Origin: Pelagibacteraceae bacterium
GTDB taxonomy: Bacteria; Pseudomonadota; Alphaproteobacteria; Pelagibacterales; Pelagibacteraceae
Assembly (NCBI GenBank): GCA_038110645.1
Contig: JAYNJZ010000001.1
Coordinates: 1 to 44,529 of the forward strand
DNA length: 44,529 nt
Direction: 5' to 3'
Shown piece by piece: positions 29,325 through 40,204 of this stretch (position 1 is the stretch's first letter; every line of letters begins with the position of its first letter). The position numbers were made by a program, and so were the translations under genes. Under the pieces are notes generated by a model. It saw nothing but the letters and a program-made list of their open reading frames with translations, was not told the origin of the DNA and searched no databases.

Positions 29325-30005
29325 TTAATCTGCCCAGAGGATATATCCATTCCCTCTTACAGTTTGAAGATAAATAGGATTTTTTGGATCAGGCTCAATT
29401 TTTTGCCTTAGTCTTGTAATTACAACGTCAACTGCTCTTTCTTTTTCTAAACTTATTATTTTAGAGATATCTTCTCTTTGAAATACTTTTCCTACAGACA
29501 TAATCATTGTTTCCAGCAAAACTTTTTCTGACTGATTTATTTTTTCAATATTTTTTTTAAAAGTTATTGTCATCTTTTTTAAATCAACTTTTTTTTCGCC
29601 AAATTTAATTATATGAATTCCTTTTTTTAGATTTTTTACTCTTTTTAAAATATTGTTTATTCTTAGCACTAATTCTTTTGGTTCAAATGGTTTAGGAACA
29701 TAATCATCTGCACCAGTTTCAAGTCCATGAATTCTACTTGCAGCCTCACCCATTGCAGTTAAAAATATTATTGGTGTATCTTTTTTTTCCCTAATCTCTT
29801 TTGTAAGTTCTAAGCCTGATTGGCCTGGCATCATTATATCTACAATTAATAGATCAAATTCTAGTAATTTAATTTTACTTTTTGCATCTGCAGAGTCTTT
29901 AGCCGTAGAAACTAAGAAATTTTCTCCCTCTAAATATTCTTTTAGAGGTTCTCTAATGCCCTCTTCATCATCTATAATTAAAATATGTTTTTTTTCTTCA
30001 CTCAT
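29325..30005 (-). CDS. OmpR-family response regulator (PetR-like)
   Basis: Receiver IIDD..DIMMPG..LTA..GADDY..KPF; winged helix RAVDVVITRLRQKIE..YLQTVRG.GY. Confidence 0.96.
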   Translation of the reverse strand: MSEEKKHILIIDDEEGIREPLKEYLEGENFLVSTAKDSADAKSKIKLLEFDLLIVDIMMPGQSGLELTKEIREKKDTPIIFLTAMGEAASRIHGLETGADDYVPKPFEPKELVLRINNILKRVKNLKKGIHIIKFGEKKVDLKKMTITFKKNIEKINQSEKVLLETMIMSVGKVFQREDISKIISLEKERAVDVVITRLRQKIEPDPKNPIYLQTVRGNGYILWAD

Positions 30006-30439
30006 TCTAAAATTCTTTTTAACACATTTTTAAAATAATGAACTTCATCAGGTGAAGATTTTTTAAATGCACTTAAAACCCTATTTTTCTGTGAATTAAA
30101 TAGATTATTAGCAAATTCCAAACCTCTATCTGATAAGTAAATTTTTTTCTCCCGTCCATCTTTTTCATCTTTTTTTTGTATAATAAAATCTTTTTTGATT
30201 AAATCTTGTAACACTCTGTTCAAACTCTGTTTAGTTACTTTAAGCATATTTAAAATTTCAGTAACTTTGATACCCGGGTTGTTATCTATTAATATTATAA
30301 GTCTGTGATGCGCTTTACCTAGGGAATGTCTTTTTAACGTTTGTTCACTATCCGAAAATAGTGACGCATAAGACTTAAGCAATAATTCAATTACGTCTTT
30401 TAAGTTTTTTTCTTTTAAATACAGGAAGTCTTTAAGCAT
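30002..30439 (-). CDS. MarR-family transcriptional regulator (PetP-like)
   Basis: LGKAHHR, PG..V, L.VTKQSLNRVL..L, DGREK...L...G; divergent from ilvE and upstream of an OmpR regulator, as for petP-petR. Confidence 0.92.
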   Translation of the reverse strand: MLKDFLYLKEKNLKDVIELLLKSYASLFSDSEQTLKRHSLGKAHHRLIILIDNNPGIKVTEILNMLKVTKQSLNRVLQDLIKKDFIIQKKDEKDGREKKIYLSDRGLEFANNLFNSQKNRVLSAFKKSSPDEVHYFKNVLKRILE

Positions 30440-30447
30440 TAGAAATT

Positions 30448-30485
30448 AGTCAGTTTTATTGACTTATATTACATTCAAATATAAT
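30448..30485. promoter_or_regulatory. Palindromic operator AGTCA-N7-TGACT overlapping the putative ilvE promoter
   Basis: AGTCA (30448-52) gttttat TGACT (30460-64). TTGACT (30459-64) and TATAAT (30480-85) resemble -35/-10 with a 15-bp spacer. Confidence 0.6.
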
Positions 30486-30503
30486 TTCTATCCATATTTC
30501 AAT

Positions 30504-31397
30504 ATGGAATCTATCCCTTACGATAAAAGAAAAGGAAAAATTTGGTTTAATGGCCAAGTTATAGATTGGCAAGATGCAAAGCTGCATGTGTTAACTCATG
30601 GGTTACATTATGCGAGCTGTGTATTCGAGGGTGAAAGAGTTTACAATGGAGAAATATTTAAATTAAGAGAGCACACTGAAAGGTTAATTTATTCTGCAAA
30701 AAGAATGGGTTTTGAAATTCCTTATTCTACAGATCAAATTGATCAAGCTTGTAATGAAATAATAAAAATACAAAATATCAAAAATGGATATGTTAGACCA
30801 GTAGCATGGAGAGGTAGTGAAATGATGGCTATTTCTGCTCAAAAAAATAAAATACATTTTGCAATAGCAGCTTGGGAATGGGGGTCATATTTTGATCCTA
30901 AGATAAAAGAAAATGGAATTAAATTAAATGTTTCAAAATGGAGAAGGCCAGCGCCAAATACTATACCATGGGATACTAAAGCAGCAGGTTTATATATGAT
31001 TTGTACTTTATCAAAACACGAAGCGGAAAAAGATGGATATAATGATTCATTAATGCTTGATCATCAGGATTTTGTCGCAGAAGCAACTGGAGCAAATATT
31101 TTTTTTATTATAGAAAGTTCTAATGAAATTCATACTCCAACACCTGATTGTTTTTTAGATGGTATCACAAGGAGAACTATAATTGATATAGCGAAAAATA
31201 AAGGATTTAAAATTATTGAAAGAAAAATAAAACTAGAAGAGTTAAAGAATTTTGATGGATGTTTTTTAACTGGTACTGCCGCAGAAGTTACTCCAGTTTC
31301 TCAGATAGGAGATTATAAGTTTAAAGTTGTTAAATCAATTAACGAGTTTTTTGATAAATATCTAGAGATCGTCAATAGCAAAAAAGTAATTGCTTAA
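30504..31397 (+). CDS. ilvE: Branched-chain amino acid aminotransferase
   Basis: LTHGLHYASCVFEGER.Y, YVRP, PLP lysine in KAAGLY, EATGANIFF, LDGITR, FLTGTAAEVTPV. ATG at 30504 preferred over TTG at 30459. Confidence 0.97.
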   Translation: MESIPYDKRKGKIWFNGQVIDWQDAKLHVLTHGLHYASCVFEGERVYNGEIFKLREHTERLIYSAKRMGFEIPYSTDQIDQACNEIIKIQNIKNGYVRPVAWRGSEMMAISAQKNKIHFAIAAWEWGSYFDPKIKENGIKLNVSKWRRPAPNTIPWDTKAAGLYMICTLSKHEAEKDGYNDSLMLDHQDFVAEATGANIFFIIESSNEIHTPTPDCFLDGITRRTIIDIAKNKGFKIIERKIKLEELKNFDGCFLTGTAAEVTPVSQIGDYKFKVVKSINEFFDKYLEIVNSKKVIA

Positions 31398-31954
31398 TCA
31401 AGCGCGTGGTCAATTCCTTTTTTTATATAATCGTAACCTGTATAAACAGTTAATACAGCAGACGCCCAAAGCAAAACAATTCCTATATCAAGTCCATATC
31501 CTCCCAATAATTTATTTCCAGAATTTCCAGCAAGTAAAATTGATATAGAAAACATCTGTAAAAAAGTTTTTACTTTAGCAAGTTGTGATACGGGCATTTT
31601 TAACTTAAATTTAGCTAAATATTCTCTAAGACCAGATACCAATATTTCTCTACAAAGTATTATAATTGCAGCAATAATATTCGTATTTGAAATTGTATCA
31701 TTCTTAACTAAAAGAATTAGGGCGGTGACTACAATAATTTTATCAGCGATAGGATCTAGCATTTCACCAAGTCGTGATTGCTGCTTAAGTAATCTAGCTA
31801 AAAAACCATCAACAAAATCAGTAAAACTTGCAAGCACGAAAATTCCACATGCTAACCAATCACCTAATGAACCCGGTAAGAAAAAAACAAAAACCAAAAT
31901 TGGTACCAAAATAATACGACCAATCGTTAAAATATTAGGTATTTTTAACATCAT
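31394..31954 (-). CDS. pgsA: CDP-diacylglycerol--glycerol-3-phosphate 3-phosphatidyltransferase
   Basis: IPNILT..R, TDFVDGFLAR..S.LG..LDPIADK, REILVSGLRE, K.KT..QM; follows uvrC. Confidence 0.95.
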   Translation of the reverse strand: MMLKIPNILTIGRIILVPILVFVFFLPGSLGDWLACGIFVLASFTDFVDGFLARLLKQQSRLGEMLDPIADKIIVVTALILLVKNDTISNTNIIAAIIILCREILVSGLREYLAKFKLKMPVSQLAKVKTFLQMFSISILLAGNSGNKLLGGYGLDIGIVLLWASAVLTVYTGYDYIKKGIDHALD

Positions 31955-33786
31955 AAAATATTTTTCTTACGGTGAAAGTAATTATAAACTTTTTCTGCAA
32001 TAGAGTCATTTATACCTTCGACATTTTTTATATCATCTAAGCTCGCACCTTCAATTGCTTTTGCTGACCCAAAGTGATTGAGTAAAGCTCTTTTTCTTCT
32101 AGTGCCAATTCCATCAATCTCTTCAAGAGGAGACTTAAAAAGATTTTTAGATTTTTTCTTACGATGTGTTGTAATTGCAAATCTATGTGCTTCATCACGA
32201 ATTCGTTGCATTAAAAATAAAACAGGATCATTTTTTTTTAAATTAACCAATCCATTTTCTGTAATAAATTTTTCATTACCTTTGTTTCTTTCTTTACCTT
32301 TTGAAATTGCGATAATTTTTAATTCATGGAAACCAAGGTCATTTAGTTTATTTCTAACAACTGAGTATTGACCCTTTCCTCCATCTATTAAAATTAAATC
32401 AGGGGTATTCTCATCAATATTTTTAATTTTTGAAAATCTTCTTTCGATTATTTCTGACATCATACCATAATCGTCATTTGATTTAATTTTTTTATTTTTT
32501 ATATTAAATTTTCTATATCTATTTTTTATAAAACCATCTTTCCCAAAGGCTATTAATGCGCCTATATTACTATCACCTTGATTATGGCTATTATCATAGA
32601 CCTCGATTAAACTTGGCGTAAAATTTAAATTAAATTTTTCTCCCAATGAGATTAAAAGATCATGATTTTTATCTTGTGATAAAATTTTAAGTTGCAATTG
32701 TTCTTCAGCATTTTTTAAAGCATTTTTAACCATTGAACTTTTAGAATCGATTTTTATAGAAATTTTTTTTTTATATTTTTTTTCTAGAGCCTTAGTAATT
32801 AATTTTTCATTTTCTGGAGAAAAATTTATGACAATTTCCTCAGGAGGTTCTTTGTTATCATAAAATTGCATTAAAAAAGATTTCAAAATATGGCTATCAC
32901 TATCTTCATGATCATGTTTTGGGTAATAATATTGACTTCCCCAATTTTGCTTAGATCTATAAAAAAAAACGACTATGCATGTAATATTTTCTCTTCTAAA
33001 TGAAACAATTAAATCAGCATTTTTTAAATTATTTTTTTGAATTTTTTGAGACGACTGAATATAGGTTAATGATTTAATTCTATCTCTTAAAATAGCCGCT
33101 CTTTCATAATCAAGTTCTTTACTTGATTTTTCCATTTCCGAAGATAATTTTTTCTGAATATCTCTTGTTTTTCCATTTAAAAACTGAACACATTCATCTA
33201 CAGTAATGTTATAATTTTCTTGAGTAATTTCGTTTGTACATGGGCCAGAACATCTTTTAATTTGATAAAGAATACAAGGCCTTGCTCTACCTTTAAATGT
33301 GTTGTCATCACACACCCTCAATTGAAAAACTTTTTGTAACATTTTTATAGTCCAATTTGCAGAAGCAATTGATGCGAATGGTCCAAAGTAAATGTCTTTA
33401 TCATTATGTTTTCCTCTGAATTTCGTAATTTGTGGAAATTGATGATCTTGTCTAATTTGAATATATGGAAAAGATTTATCATCCTTTAACAATACATTAT
33501 ATTTAGGTTTATTTTTTTTAATTAAATTAGCCTCTAGCAATAGGGCTTCAGATTCATTTAATGTACTAATTGTATCTATTCGACAAACCGCTGCAATCAT
33601 TCTCTCGGTTCTTATTGGTTGAGTGGTACCAGATGAATAGTTTGCCAATCTTTTTGGAAGGTTTTTAGCTTTACCTACATAAATAATTTTGTTGCTGGAG
33701 TCATAAACCTGATAAACACCTGGACTATTAGAGCAAAGTTTTGACTTATCTTTAAAAACTTTTTTACCTACATCAAGTGAATTCAT
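31951..33786 (-). CDS. uvrC: Excinuclease ABC subunit C
   Basis: GIY-YIG PGVY..IYVGKAKNL..R, EALLLE, Cys-rich region, IEVYDNSH, PDLILIDGGKGQ, RDEAHRFAI, HhH GIG. Confidence 0.98.
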   Translation of the reverse strand: MNSLDVGKKVFKDKSKLCSNSPGVYQVYDSSNKIIYVGKAKNLPKRLANYSSGTTQPIRTERMIAAVCRIDTISTLNESEALLLEANLIKKNKPKYNVLLKDDKSFPYIQIRQDHQFPQITKFRGKHNDKDIYFGPFASIASANWTIKMLQKVFQLRVCDDNTFKGRARPCILYQIKRCSGPCTNEITQENYNITVDECVQFLNGKTRDIQKKLSSEMEKSSKELDYERAAILRDRIKSLTYIQSSQKIQKNNLKNADLIVSFRRENITCIVVFFYRSKQNWGSQYYYPKHDHEDSDSHILKSFLMQFYDNKEPPEEIVINFSPENEKLITKALEKKYKKKISIKIDSKSSMVKNALKNAEEQLQLKILSQDKNHDLLISLGEKFNLNFTPSLIEVYDNSHNQGDSNIGALIAFGKDGFIKNRYRKFNIKNKKIKSNDDYGMMSEIIERRFSKIKNIDENTPDLILIDGGKGQYSVVRNKLNDLGFHELKIIAISKGKERNKGNEKFITENGLVNLKKNDPVLFLMQRIRDEAHRFAITTHRKKKSKNLFKSPLEEIDGIGTRRKRALLNHFGSAKAIEGASLDDIKNVEGINDSIAEKVYNYFHRKKNIL

Positions 33787-34185
33787 TTAAGAATTCCTTT
33801 TTTTTGTTATTGTATAACCAACACTTTTGCATTCTTTAATCGCATCCGGTTTTTCGATTTTAATATAAATTTTATAAATTCTACTGTCTTCAAATATTTT
33901 TTTTATAATTCTATCTGCAAGTGTTTCCAAAAAATTTATTTGATCTTTTAAAATATTTTTAATTATTTTTATAACTTTGTCATAATCTACTATTTCTTGT
34001 AAATCTTTGTCACTATATTTGTCTGGTTCAATAAAAAGTTTGATATTAAAAATTAGTTTTTGTTTTTTTAATTTTTCATGTTCATAAAAGCCAAACTTTA
34101 CATTTAAATTTAAATCATTAATCAAAACTGCTGCTTCTTCACTAAAAAACTGCTCTTTTAAATGAATTATTTTTTTTTCACTCAT
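33787..34185 (-). CDS. folB: Dihydroneopterin aldolase
   Basis: G.Y..EK...Q, VDY, FLETLA, IEKPDA (catalytic Tyr/Glu/Lys positions). Confidence 0.85.
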   Translation of the reverse strand: MSEKKIIHLKEQFFSEEAAVLINDLNLNVKFGFYEHEKLKKQKLIFNIKLFIEPDKYSDKDLQEIVDYDKVIKIIKNILKDQINFLETLADRIIKKIFEDSRIYKIYIKIEKPDAIKECKSVGYTITKKRNS

Positions 34186-34927
34186 AAATATTTATTAAAT
34201 CTTTTGTTTCCCAGTTTAGACTTTGGCCACTATCTACTGCAATTGATTGACCAGTTATAGACTTATTTTCAATCAAAAATTTGCAAGCATTGAAAATTTC
34301 TTTTTTATCAACTTGCTTCTTTAAAAGAGTATTTTTAAATTGTTTTGTAAAATGAGAATTAGATTGCCTTGTATTTTTAATAACCGGACCGGGAGCTATT
34401 GCATTTACTCTTATATTAGGCGCTAACCGCATAGCAGCAGTCGTTGTAATATTAAAAAGTATCATTTTACTTACTGTGTATGAAAAAAAATACGGTGTTA
34501 ATTTAAATACTCTCTGGTCGAGAATATTTATAATAGAGTAGTTATCTTTATTTTTTAATTTTTGTTTTGAAAATTCTGAAATTAAAATTGCGGGAGCTTT
34601 AGCATTAATATTTATATGTTTATCCCAACTTTTTTCATCAAACTTTTTTAGGTCATCATTCTCAAATATTGAGGCACAATTGATTAGATGATTAATAATA
34701 CCAAATTTTTTTCTGGCTATTTTAAAAATATTTTTTGTTGAGTTGCTGTTATTTAAATCTGCTTTTATAATTAAACATTTGGTAAATTTTCCTATTTCTT
34801 TTGCAGTTTTTTTTGCTTCAAATTTTGATTTGTTATAATGTAAAATTATATTAAATCCTTTTTTAGCAAAATTAATTGCAATTTCTTTTCCTATTCTTTT
34901 GCTAGCTCCTGTAATTAGAATATTCAT
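34178..34927 (-). CDS. Short-chain dehydrogenase, pteridine reductase/FolM-like
   Basis: ITGASKRIG (TGxxxRIG variant), [32 protein letters not shown]; overlaps folB. Confidence 0.85.
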   Translation of the reverse strand: MNILITGASKRIGKEIAINFAKKGFNIILHYNKSKFEAKKTAKEIGKFTKCLIIKADLNNSNSTKNIFKIARKKFGIINHLINCASIFENDDLKKFDEKSWDKHININAKAPAILISEFSKQKLKNKDNYSIINILDQRVFKLTPYFFSYTVSKMILFNITTTAAMRLAPNIRVNAIAPGPVIKNTRQSNSHFTKQFKNTLLKKQVDKKEIFNACKFLIENKSITGQSIAVDSGQSLNWETKDLINIYE

Positions 34928-37071
34928 TTCTTTTTAAAACGCCTTCCCGCTTTAGTTCCAGCTCTGCCTTGTGTTGAGCGACCTATGTTTTTAGAATTAT
35001 AATTTTTTGTGAATGAATTTACAGTTAAACCCATATCAGATTGTTCTAATTTTCTAATTTCATCTCTTATTTCGGCTGCTTTTTCAAATTCTAGATTATC
35101 AGCAGCATTTTGCATATCTTTCTTAAGTGCTTTCATATGTTTTTTAAGGTTATGGCCAGGTTTAACAAATTTATCTGTGTTTAAATAATCTTTTTCGTAA
35201 ACACTCTCTAAAATATCACTAATTTCTTTTTTAATTGAAGCTGCATTGATATTATTTTTTAAATTATATTCTTGTTGTTTTCTTCTTCTTCTGTCTGTTT
35301 CGTCAATGGCTTTAATGATACTTTTAGTTTTTTTATCTGCATAGAGAATAACCTTTCCTTCGATATTTCTTGCAGCTCTACCAATAGTTTGAACTAAAGA
35401 GGTTTCGGAGCGTAAAAAACCCTCTTTATCTGCATCTAAAATTGCAACTAAAGCACATTCCGGTATATCCAAACCTTCTCTTAAAAGGTTGATACCAACT
35501 AGAATATCAAAGTGACCTAGTCTTAAATCTCTAATAATTTCAATTCTCTCAAGAGTATCAATATCTGAATGCATGTATCTAACTTTCATTCCATTTTCAT
35601 CAAGATATTCAGTCAGATCCTCTGCCATTTTTTTTGTAAGTGTAGTTACTAGTACTCTCTGGTTTTTTTTTGTAATTTTTATGCACTCATTTAATAAGTC
35701 ATCAACTTGGTTTTTTGCTGGTCTGATCTCTACTTCAGGATCAATAAGTCCAGTTGGTCTTATGATTTGTTCAGCAAAGACACCTTTTGTTTGCTCTAAC
35801 TCCCATGGACCAGGCGTTGCAGAAACAAAAACTGTTTGAGGGCGCATTAGATTCCATTCTTCAAATTTTAAAGGTCTATTGTCCATACATGAAGGTAATC
35901 TAAAACCATAATCTGAAAGTGTTTTTTTTCTAGTGTAGTCACCTTTATACATTCCATTTAATTGTGGAACTGTAACATGACTTTCATCAACAAATACTAA
36001 CGCATTATCTGGCAAATATTCAAATAGAGTAGGAGGTGGCTCTCCTTTTTTTCTACCAGATAAAAATCTCGAATAATTTTCTATGCCAGAACATGATCCT
36101 GTAGCTTCAATCATTTCAAGATCAAATCTAGTTCTCTCCTCAATTCGTTGAGCTTCTAATAATTTATTTTCTGATCTAAATTGGTCAATAGCAACTCTAA
36201 GTTCCTCTCTAATTTGTTTGATTGCTTGATTTACTGTTGGTCTAGGAGTTATATAGTGACTGTTTGCGTATACTTTAATTATATTTAAATCTTCAGTTTT
36301 ATCTCCAGTTAAAGGATCAAATTCTTTAATAGAAATTAATTTACCTTCATCAAGATTTAATTTCCATGCTCTATCTTCCAGGTGTGATGGAAATATTTCA
36401 ATATTTTCACCCCTAACTCTAAATGTCCCTCTTTGAAAATTTTGATCATTTCTTTTATACTGTAATTCAATTAAACCTTTTATAATTTGTTCTCTTTCAT
36501 AAGTTTCATTTTTTATGAAAGTGAAAGTCATTTTACTATATGACTCTGCTGAACCTAAACCATAAATACAGGATACACTTGATACTATTATTACATCATC
36601 CTTTTCCAAAAGAGACCTTGTTGCTGAGTGTCTCATACGATCAATTTGTTCATTGATTGAAGACTCTTTTTCAATATATGTGTCAGACCTTGGAACATAA
36701 GCTTCAGGAGTATAATAATCATAATAAGAAACAAAGTATTCAACAGAGTTATTAGCAAAAAAACTTTTCATTTCACCATACAATTGAGCGGCAAGAGTTT
36801 TATTTGGTGCTAAAATTAAAGCTGGTCTATTAAGAGTTTCTATGATTTTAGCCATGGTAAATGTTTTTCCAGATCCTGTGACACCTAATAAAACTTGATT
36901 TTTTTCTTCTTGATTTAAGCCTTCACAAAGCTCTTTTATTGCTGTTGGTTGGTCTCCTGATGGTTTAAAATCACTAGTTATTTTAAAAGACTTTCCGCCT
37001 TCAAGTTTGCTAACAGCAAACTGATTTGTTGGGTTGCTTTCTTTATTATTAATTGTATCTAATAATGACAT
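34924..37071 (-). CDS. uvrB: Excinuclease ABC subunit B
   Basis: [59 protein letters not shown] domain LEFEKAA.IRD. Confidence 0.99.
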   Translation of the reverse strand: MSLLDTINNKESNPTNQFAVSKLEGGKSFKITSDFKPSGDQPTAIKELCEGLNQEEKNQVLLGVTGSGKTFTMAKIIETLNRPALILAPNKTLAAQLYGEMKSFFANNSVEYFVSYYDYYTPEAYVPRSDTYIEKESSINEQIDRMRHSATRSLLEKDDVIIVSSVSCIYGLGSAESYSKMTFTFIKNETYEREQIIKGLIELQYKRNDQNFQRGTFRVRGENIEIFPSHLEDRAWKLNLDEGKLISIKEFDPLTGDKTEDLNIIKVYANSHYITPRPTVNQAIKQIREELRVAIDQFRSENKLLEAQRIEERTRFDLEMIEATGSCSGIENYSRFLSGRKKGEPPPTLFEYLPDNALVFVDESHVTVPQLNGMYKGDYTRKKTLSDYGFRLPSCMDNRPLKFEEWNLMRPQTVFVSATPGPWELEQTKGVFAEQIIRPTGLIDPEVEIRPAKNQVDDLLNECIKITKKNQRVLVTTLTKKMAEDLTEYLDENGMKVRYMHSDIDTLERIEIIRDLRLGHFDILVGINLLREGLDIPECALVAILDADKEGFLRSETSLVQTIGRAARNIEGKVILYADKKTKSIIKAIDETDRRRRKQQEYNLKNNINAASIKKEISDILESVYEKDYLNTDKFVKPGHNLKKHMKALKKDMQNAADNLEFEKAAEIRDEIRKLEQSDMGLTVNSFTKNYNSKNIGRSTQGRAGTKAGRRFKKK

Positions 37072-37076
37072 TTTAA

Positions 37077-38276
37077 ATGACTATTCTATCAAGTTCTTTA
37101 TCTAGAATAAAACCTTCTCCTACCATAGCTGTAACTCAAAAAGCTAGAGAGTTAAAGGCTAGCGGTGTAGATGTTGTTGCGTTGGGCGCAGGAGAACCTG
37201 ATTTTGACACCCCAGATAATATAAAAAAAGCAGCAATTGATGCAATTAAAAACGGTGATACAAAGTATACAGCTGTTGATGGCACCCCTAATCTTAAAGA
37301 TGCAATAATTAATAAATTCAAAAAAGAAAATAGCATAAATTTTTCTCGTGAGGAAATTAGTGTTGGTGCTGGAGGTAAGCAAGTAATTTTTAATGCTATT
37401 CTTGCATCAATAAATCCTGGAGATGAAGTGCTAATACCTGCACCCTACTGGGTTTCTTATCCTGATATTGTTTTGTTAGCAGGTGGTACTCCTAAAATTG
37501 TTTTGTGTGATGAAAACGATCAATTTAAAATAACAATAGAAAAATTAAAAAAAAACCTGACAGATAAAACAAAGTGGATTATTTTGAATTCACCTTCTAA
37601 CCCAACTGGCGCCTGTTATACAAAAGAAGAGCTGGATGAAATAGCAAATGTACTAGAGGAATTTCCAAACGTTATGGTTATGAGTGATGATATCTATGAA
37701 CATGTAGTTTACGATAACTTTAAATTTTATACGATTGCACAAAATAAAAAAATTTTCAAAAGAGTATTAACAATAAATGGTGTAAGTAAATCTTATGCTA
37801 TGACTGGATGGAGAATAGGTTATGCTGGTGGACCAGCCGATCTAATTAAAGCAATGGCTAAAATTCAATCTCAATCCACAACCAACCCCTCATCTATTAG
37901 CCAGGCAGCTGCTGTAGAGGCATTAAATGGCGATCAAAGTTTTATTAAAGATAGAGGCAAAGCTTTTAAGGAAAGAAGAGATTTTGTTGTAAATGCCCTT
38001 AATCAAATTGAAGGAATAAATTGTTTAAATCCTCAAGGTGCATTTTATGTTTTTCCAAGTTGTAAAGGTTGTATTGGAAAAAAGCACAAGGAACTCGGAG
38101 CAATTAATAGTGATACTGATTTTGTGACCAAGCTTTTAGAAAAAACTGGTGTAGCTGTCGTGCAGGGTTCAGCTTTTGGATTAGAGGGTTTTTTTAGGAT
38201 TTCTTATGCAACTTCAATGGAAAATTTAGAAAAAGCAATTAAAAGAATTTCAGATTTTTGTTCTGATCTATCTTAG
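37077..38276 (+). CDS. aspC: Aspartate aminotransferase (class I/II PLP-dependent)
   Basis: [52 protein letters not shown]. Confidence 0.93.
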   Translation: MTILSSSLSRIKPSPTIAVTQKARELKASGVDVVALGAGEPDFDTPDNIKKAAIDAIKNGDTKYTAVDGTPNLKDAIINKFKKENSINFSREEISVGAGGKQVIFNAILASINPGDEVLIPAPYWVSYPDIVLLAGGTPKIVLCDENDQFKITIEKLKKNLTDKTKWIILNSPSNPTGACYTKEELDEIANVLEEFPNVMVMSDDIYEHVVYDNFKFYTIAQNKKIFKRVLTINGVSKSYAMTGWRIGYAGGPADLIKAMAKIQSQSTTNPSSISQAAAVEALNGDQSFIKDRGKAFKERRDFVVNALNQIEGINCLNPQGAFYVFPSCKGCIGKKHKELGAINSDTDFVTKLLEKTGVAVVQGSAFGLEGFFRISYATSMENLEKAIKRISDFCSDLS

Positions 38277-39217
38277 TGATTTAATAATTTTTCAGCTTCT
38301 AATGCAGCCATACAACCCATGCCAGCAGCAGTTATAGCCTGTCTAAATATTTTATCTTTGACATCACCAGCGGCAAAAACTCCATCAACATTAGTTGCTG
38401 TAGAATCTGGTTTTGTAATTATATAACCTTCATTATCCATTTTGACTTTATTTTTAAAAATATTTGTTGATGGCTTATGTCCTATTGCCACAAAGAGTCC
38501 ATGAACTTTTAATTCTCTTGTTTCGTTATTTTTAATGTTTTTTAAAGATAAAGACTCTAAGTTTTTTGGATTCTCTGTTCCATTAATTTTCTCTAAAACT
38601 GTATCCCAAACCATTTCTATTTTTTTATTTTCTAAAAGTTTTTTTTGTAACATTTTTTCTGCTCTTAGTTCATTTCTTCTGTGAATTAAAAAAACTTTTG
38701 ATGCAAAATTAGTTAAAAATAACGCTTCTTCTACAGCAGTATTTCCACCACCTACAACTGCTACTTCTTTATTTTTATAAAAAAAACCATCACAAGTTGC
38801 GCATGCACTGACACCGAATCCTTTAAGTTTATCTTCATTCTCGATACCAAGCCACTTTGCTTGAGCTCCAGTAGAAATAATTACAGTATCTGAAATAATT
38901 TTATTTCCATTTTCACCAATACTTACAAAAGGTTTTTTTGATAAATCAACATCTTTTATAATATCGGTAATAAATCTTGTACCAACGTGCTCTGCTTGTT
39001 TTTTCATTTCTTCCATCAACCAAGGACCCTGGATAACATTAGAGAAACCAGGATAATTCTCAACATCTGTAGTTGTAGTGAGTTGACCACCTTGTTCCAT
39101 CCCAGTTACAAGTATTGGCTCTAACATTGCTCTCGATGCATAAATAGCGGCACTATATCCGGCTGGACCAGATCCTATGATTAAAACTTTTGTTTTATGT
39201 TCTTTATTCTGACTCAT
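38273..39217 (-). CDS. trxB: Thioredoxin-disulfide reductase
   Basis: IGSGPAG, GGQLTTT..VENYPG, SACATCDG, VGGGNTA.EEA, FAAGDV, RQAITAAG.G. Confidence 0.99.
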   Translation of the reverse strand: MSQNKEHKTKVLIIGSGPAGYSAAIYASRAMLEPILVTGMEQGGQLTTTTDVENYPGFSNVIQGPWLMEEMKKQAEHVGTRFITDIIKDVDLSKKPFVSIGENGNKIISDTVIISTGAQAKWLGIENEDKLKGFGVSACATCDGFFYKNKEVAVVGGGNTAVEEALFLTNFASKVFLIHRRNELRAEKMLQKKLLENKKIEMVWDTVLEKINGTENPKNLESLSLKNIKNNETRELKVHGLFVAIGHKPSTNIFKNKVKMDNEGYIITKPDSTATNVDGVFAAGDVKDKIFRQAITAAGMGCMAALEAEKLLNH

Positions 39218-39262
39218 TTGATTAGTTTATCGAAACAATTTATTAAAATAATATTTATAATA

Positions 39263-40204
39263 ATGAAAGCATTACACTCATGGTTACTCACAGAAGGTGC
39301 TCACGGCATGATAAGCCAGGTAGAAGGTTTGGCTAAAGCTTTAAATACAACCTTTGATCATAAAAAGGTAGTTTTACCTTTTTTTTCTAAACTTTTTCCT
39401 CCAACCATTACTCCAAAAATTAAGTCATTTTTTAATTTTAAAGAATTAACAGAAGGCATTGATACTATTCCAGATTATATAATTTCATGTGGAAGAAAAA
39501 GTGTTATTCCAAATATAGTTTTAAAAAGATATTTCAAAGAAAAATATAATAAAGAAATTAAAAATATTCATATTCAAGATCCTAAAGTTTCATCAAGTCA
39601 TTTTAATTTTGTTATTACACCTGAACATGATAATCTAGTAAAAGGTAACAATGTCCTTATATCAAAAGGAGCTTTGCATTATTTAGGCGAAGACGAAATT
39701 GAAAATTCTAATTTTAATAATGATAAAATTATTTCTTTTATATTAGGTGGGCCAAATAAATATTATAGTTTTTTGCTTAAAGATATAGAGAAGGTTTTAA
39801 AACAACTATCTCAAGATAAAAGTATTGATAAAATAAATATTGTAGCATCAAGAAGAACACCCGCAGATTTATTTGAAAGTATAAAAAAAGAATTTAAAGA
39901 CTTAAAATTTAATTATGATTTTAGCTTAAAAAAAATAAATTATATTAAATATTTATCAGAGGCGTCTCATATTTTTGTAACTTGTGACTCTACTTCTATG
40001 ATTTCCGAATCAGCCATTACCGAAAAACCTATTTATGTCGTTAAATTAAATTCTGTTAAAAATGATTATAGATTTCAAAGATTTTTTAAATTATTTAAGG
40101 ATCTTGGTATTATTCGCTTTTTTGAAGGTACAATTGACAACTGGACTTATCAAAAATTATATGAGACTAAAAGAATATCAGAAATTATAATTAAAAATAA
40201 ATGA
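39263..40204 (+). CDS. ELM1/GtrOC1-family (DUF1022) putative nucleoside-diphosphate-sugar epimerase/glycosyltransferase
   Basis: G..SQVEGLA.AL, ISCGRKS, IHIQDP, ITPEHD, GALH, ILGG, SRRTP, VTCDSTSMISE. ATG at 39263 preferred. Confidence 0.85.
   Translation: MKALHSWLLTEGAHGMISQVEGLAKALNTTFDHKKVVLPFFSKLFPPTITPKIKSFFNFKELTEGIDTIPDYIISCGRKSVIPNIVLKRYFKEKYNKEIKNIHIQDPKVSSSHFNFVITPEHDNLVKGNNVLISKGALHYLGEDEIENSNFNNDKIISFILGGPNKYYSFLLKDIEKVLKQLSQDKSIDKINIVASRRTPADLFESIKKEFKDLKFNYDFSLKKINYIKYLSEASHIFVTCDSTSMISESAITEKPIYVVKLNSVKNDYRFQRFFKLFKDLGIIRFFEGTIDNWTYQKLYETKRISEIIIKNK

Noticed and set aside
720-40204. Clustering of homologues of mitochondrial proteins (SURF1, CISD3, NDUFAF7, ELM1)
   Set aside because: They are dispersed and expected in an alphaproteobacterial core genome; nothing shows they form one system.
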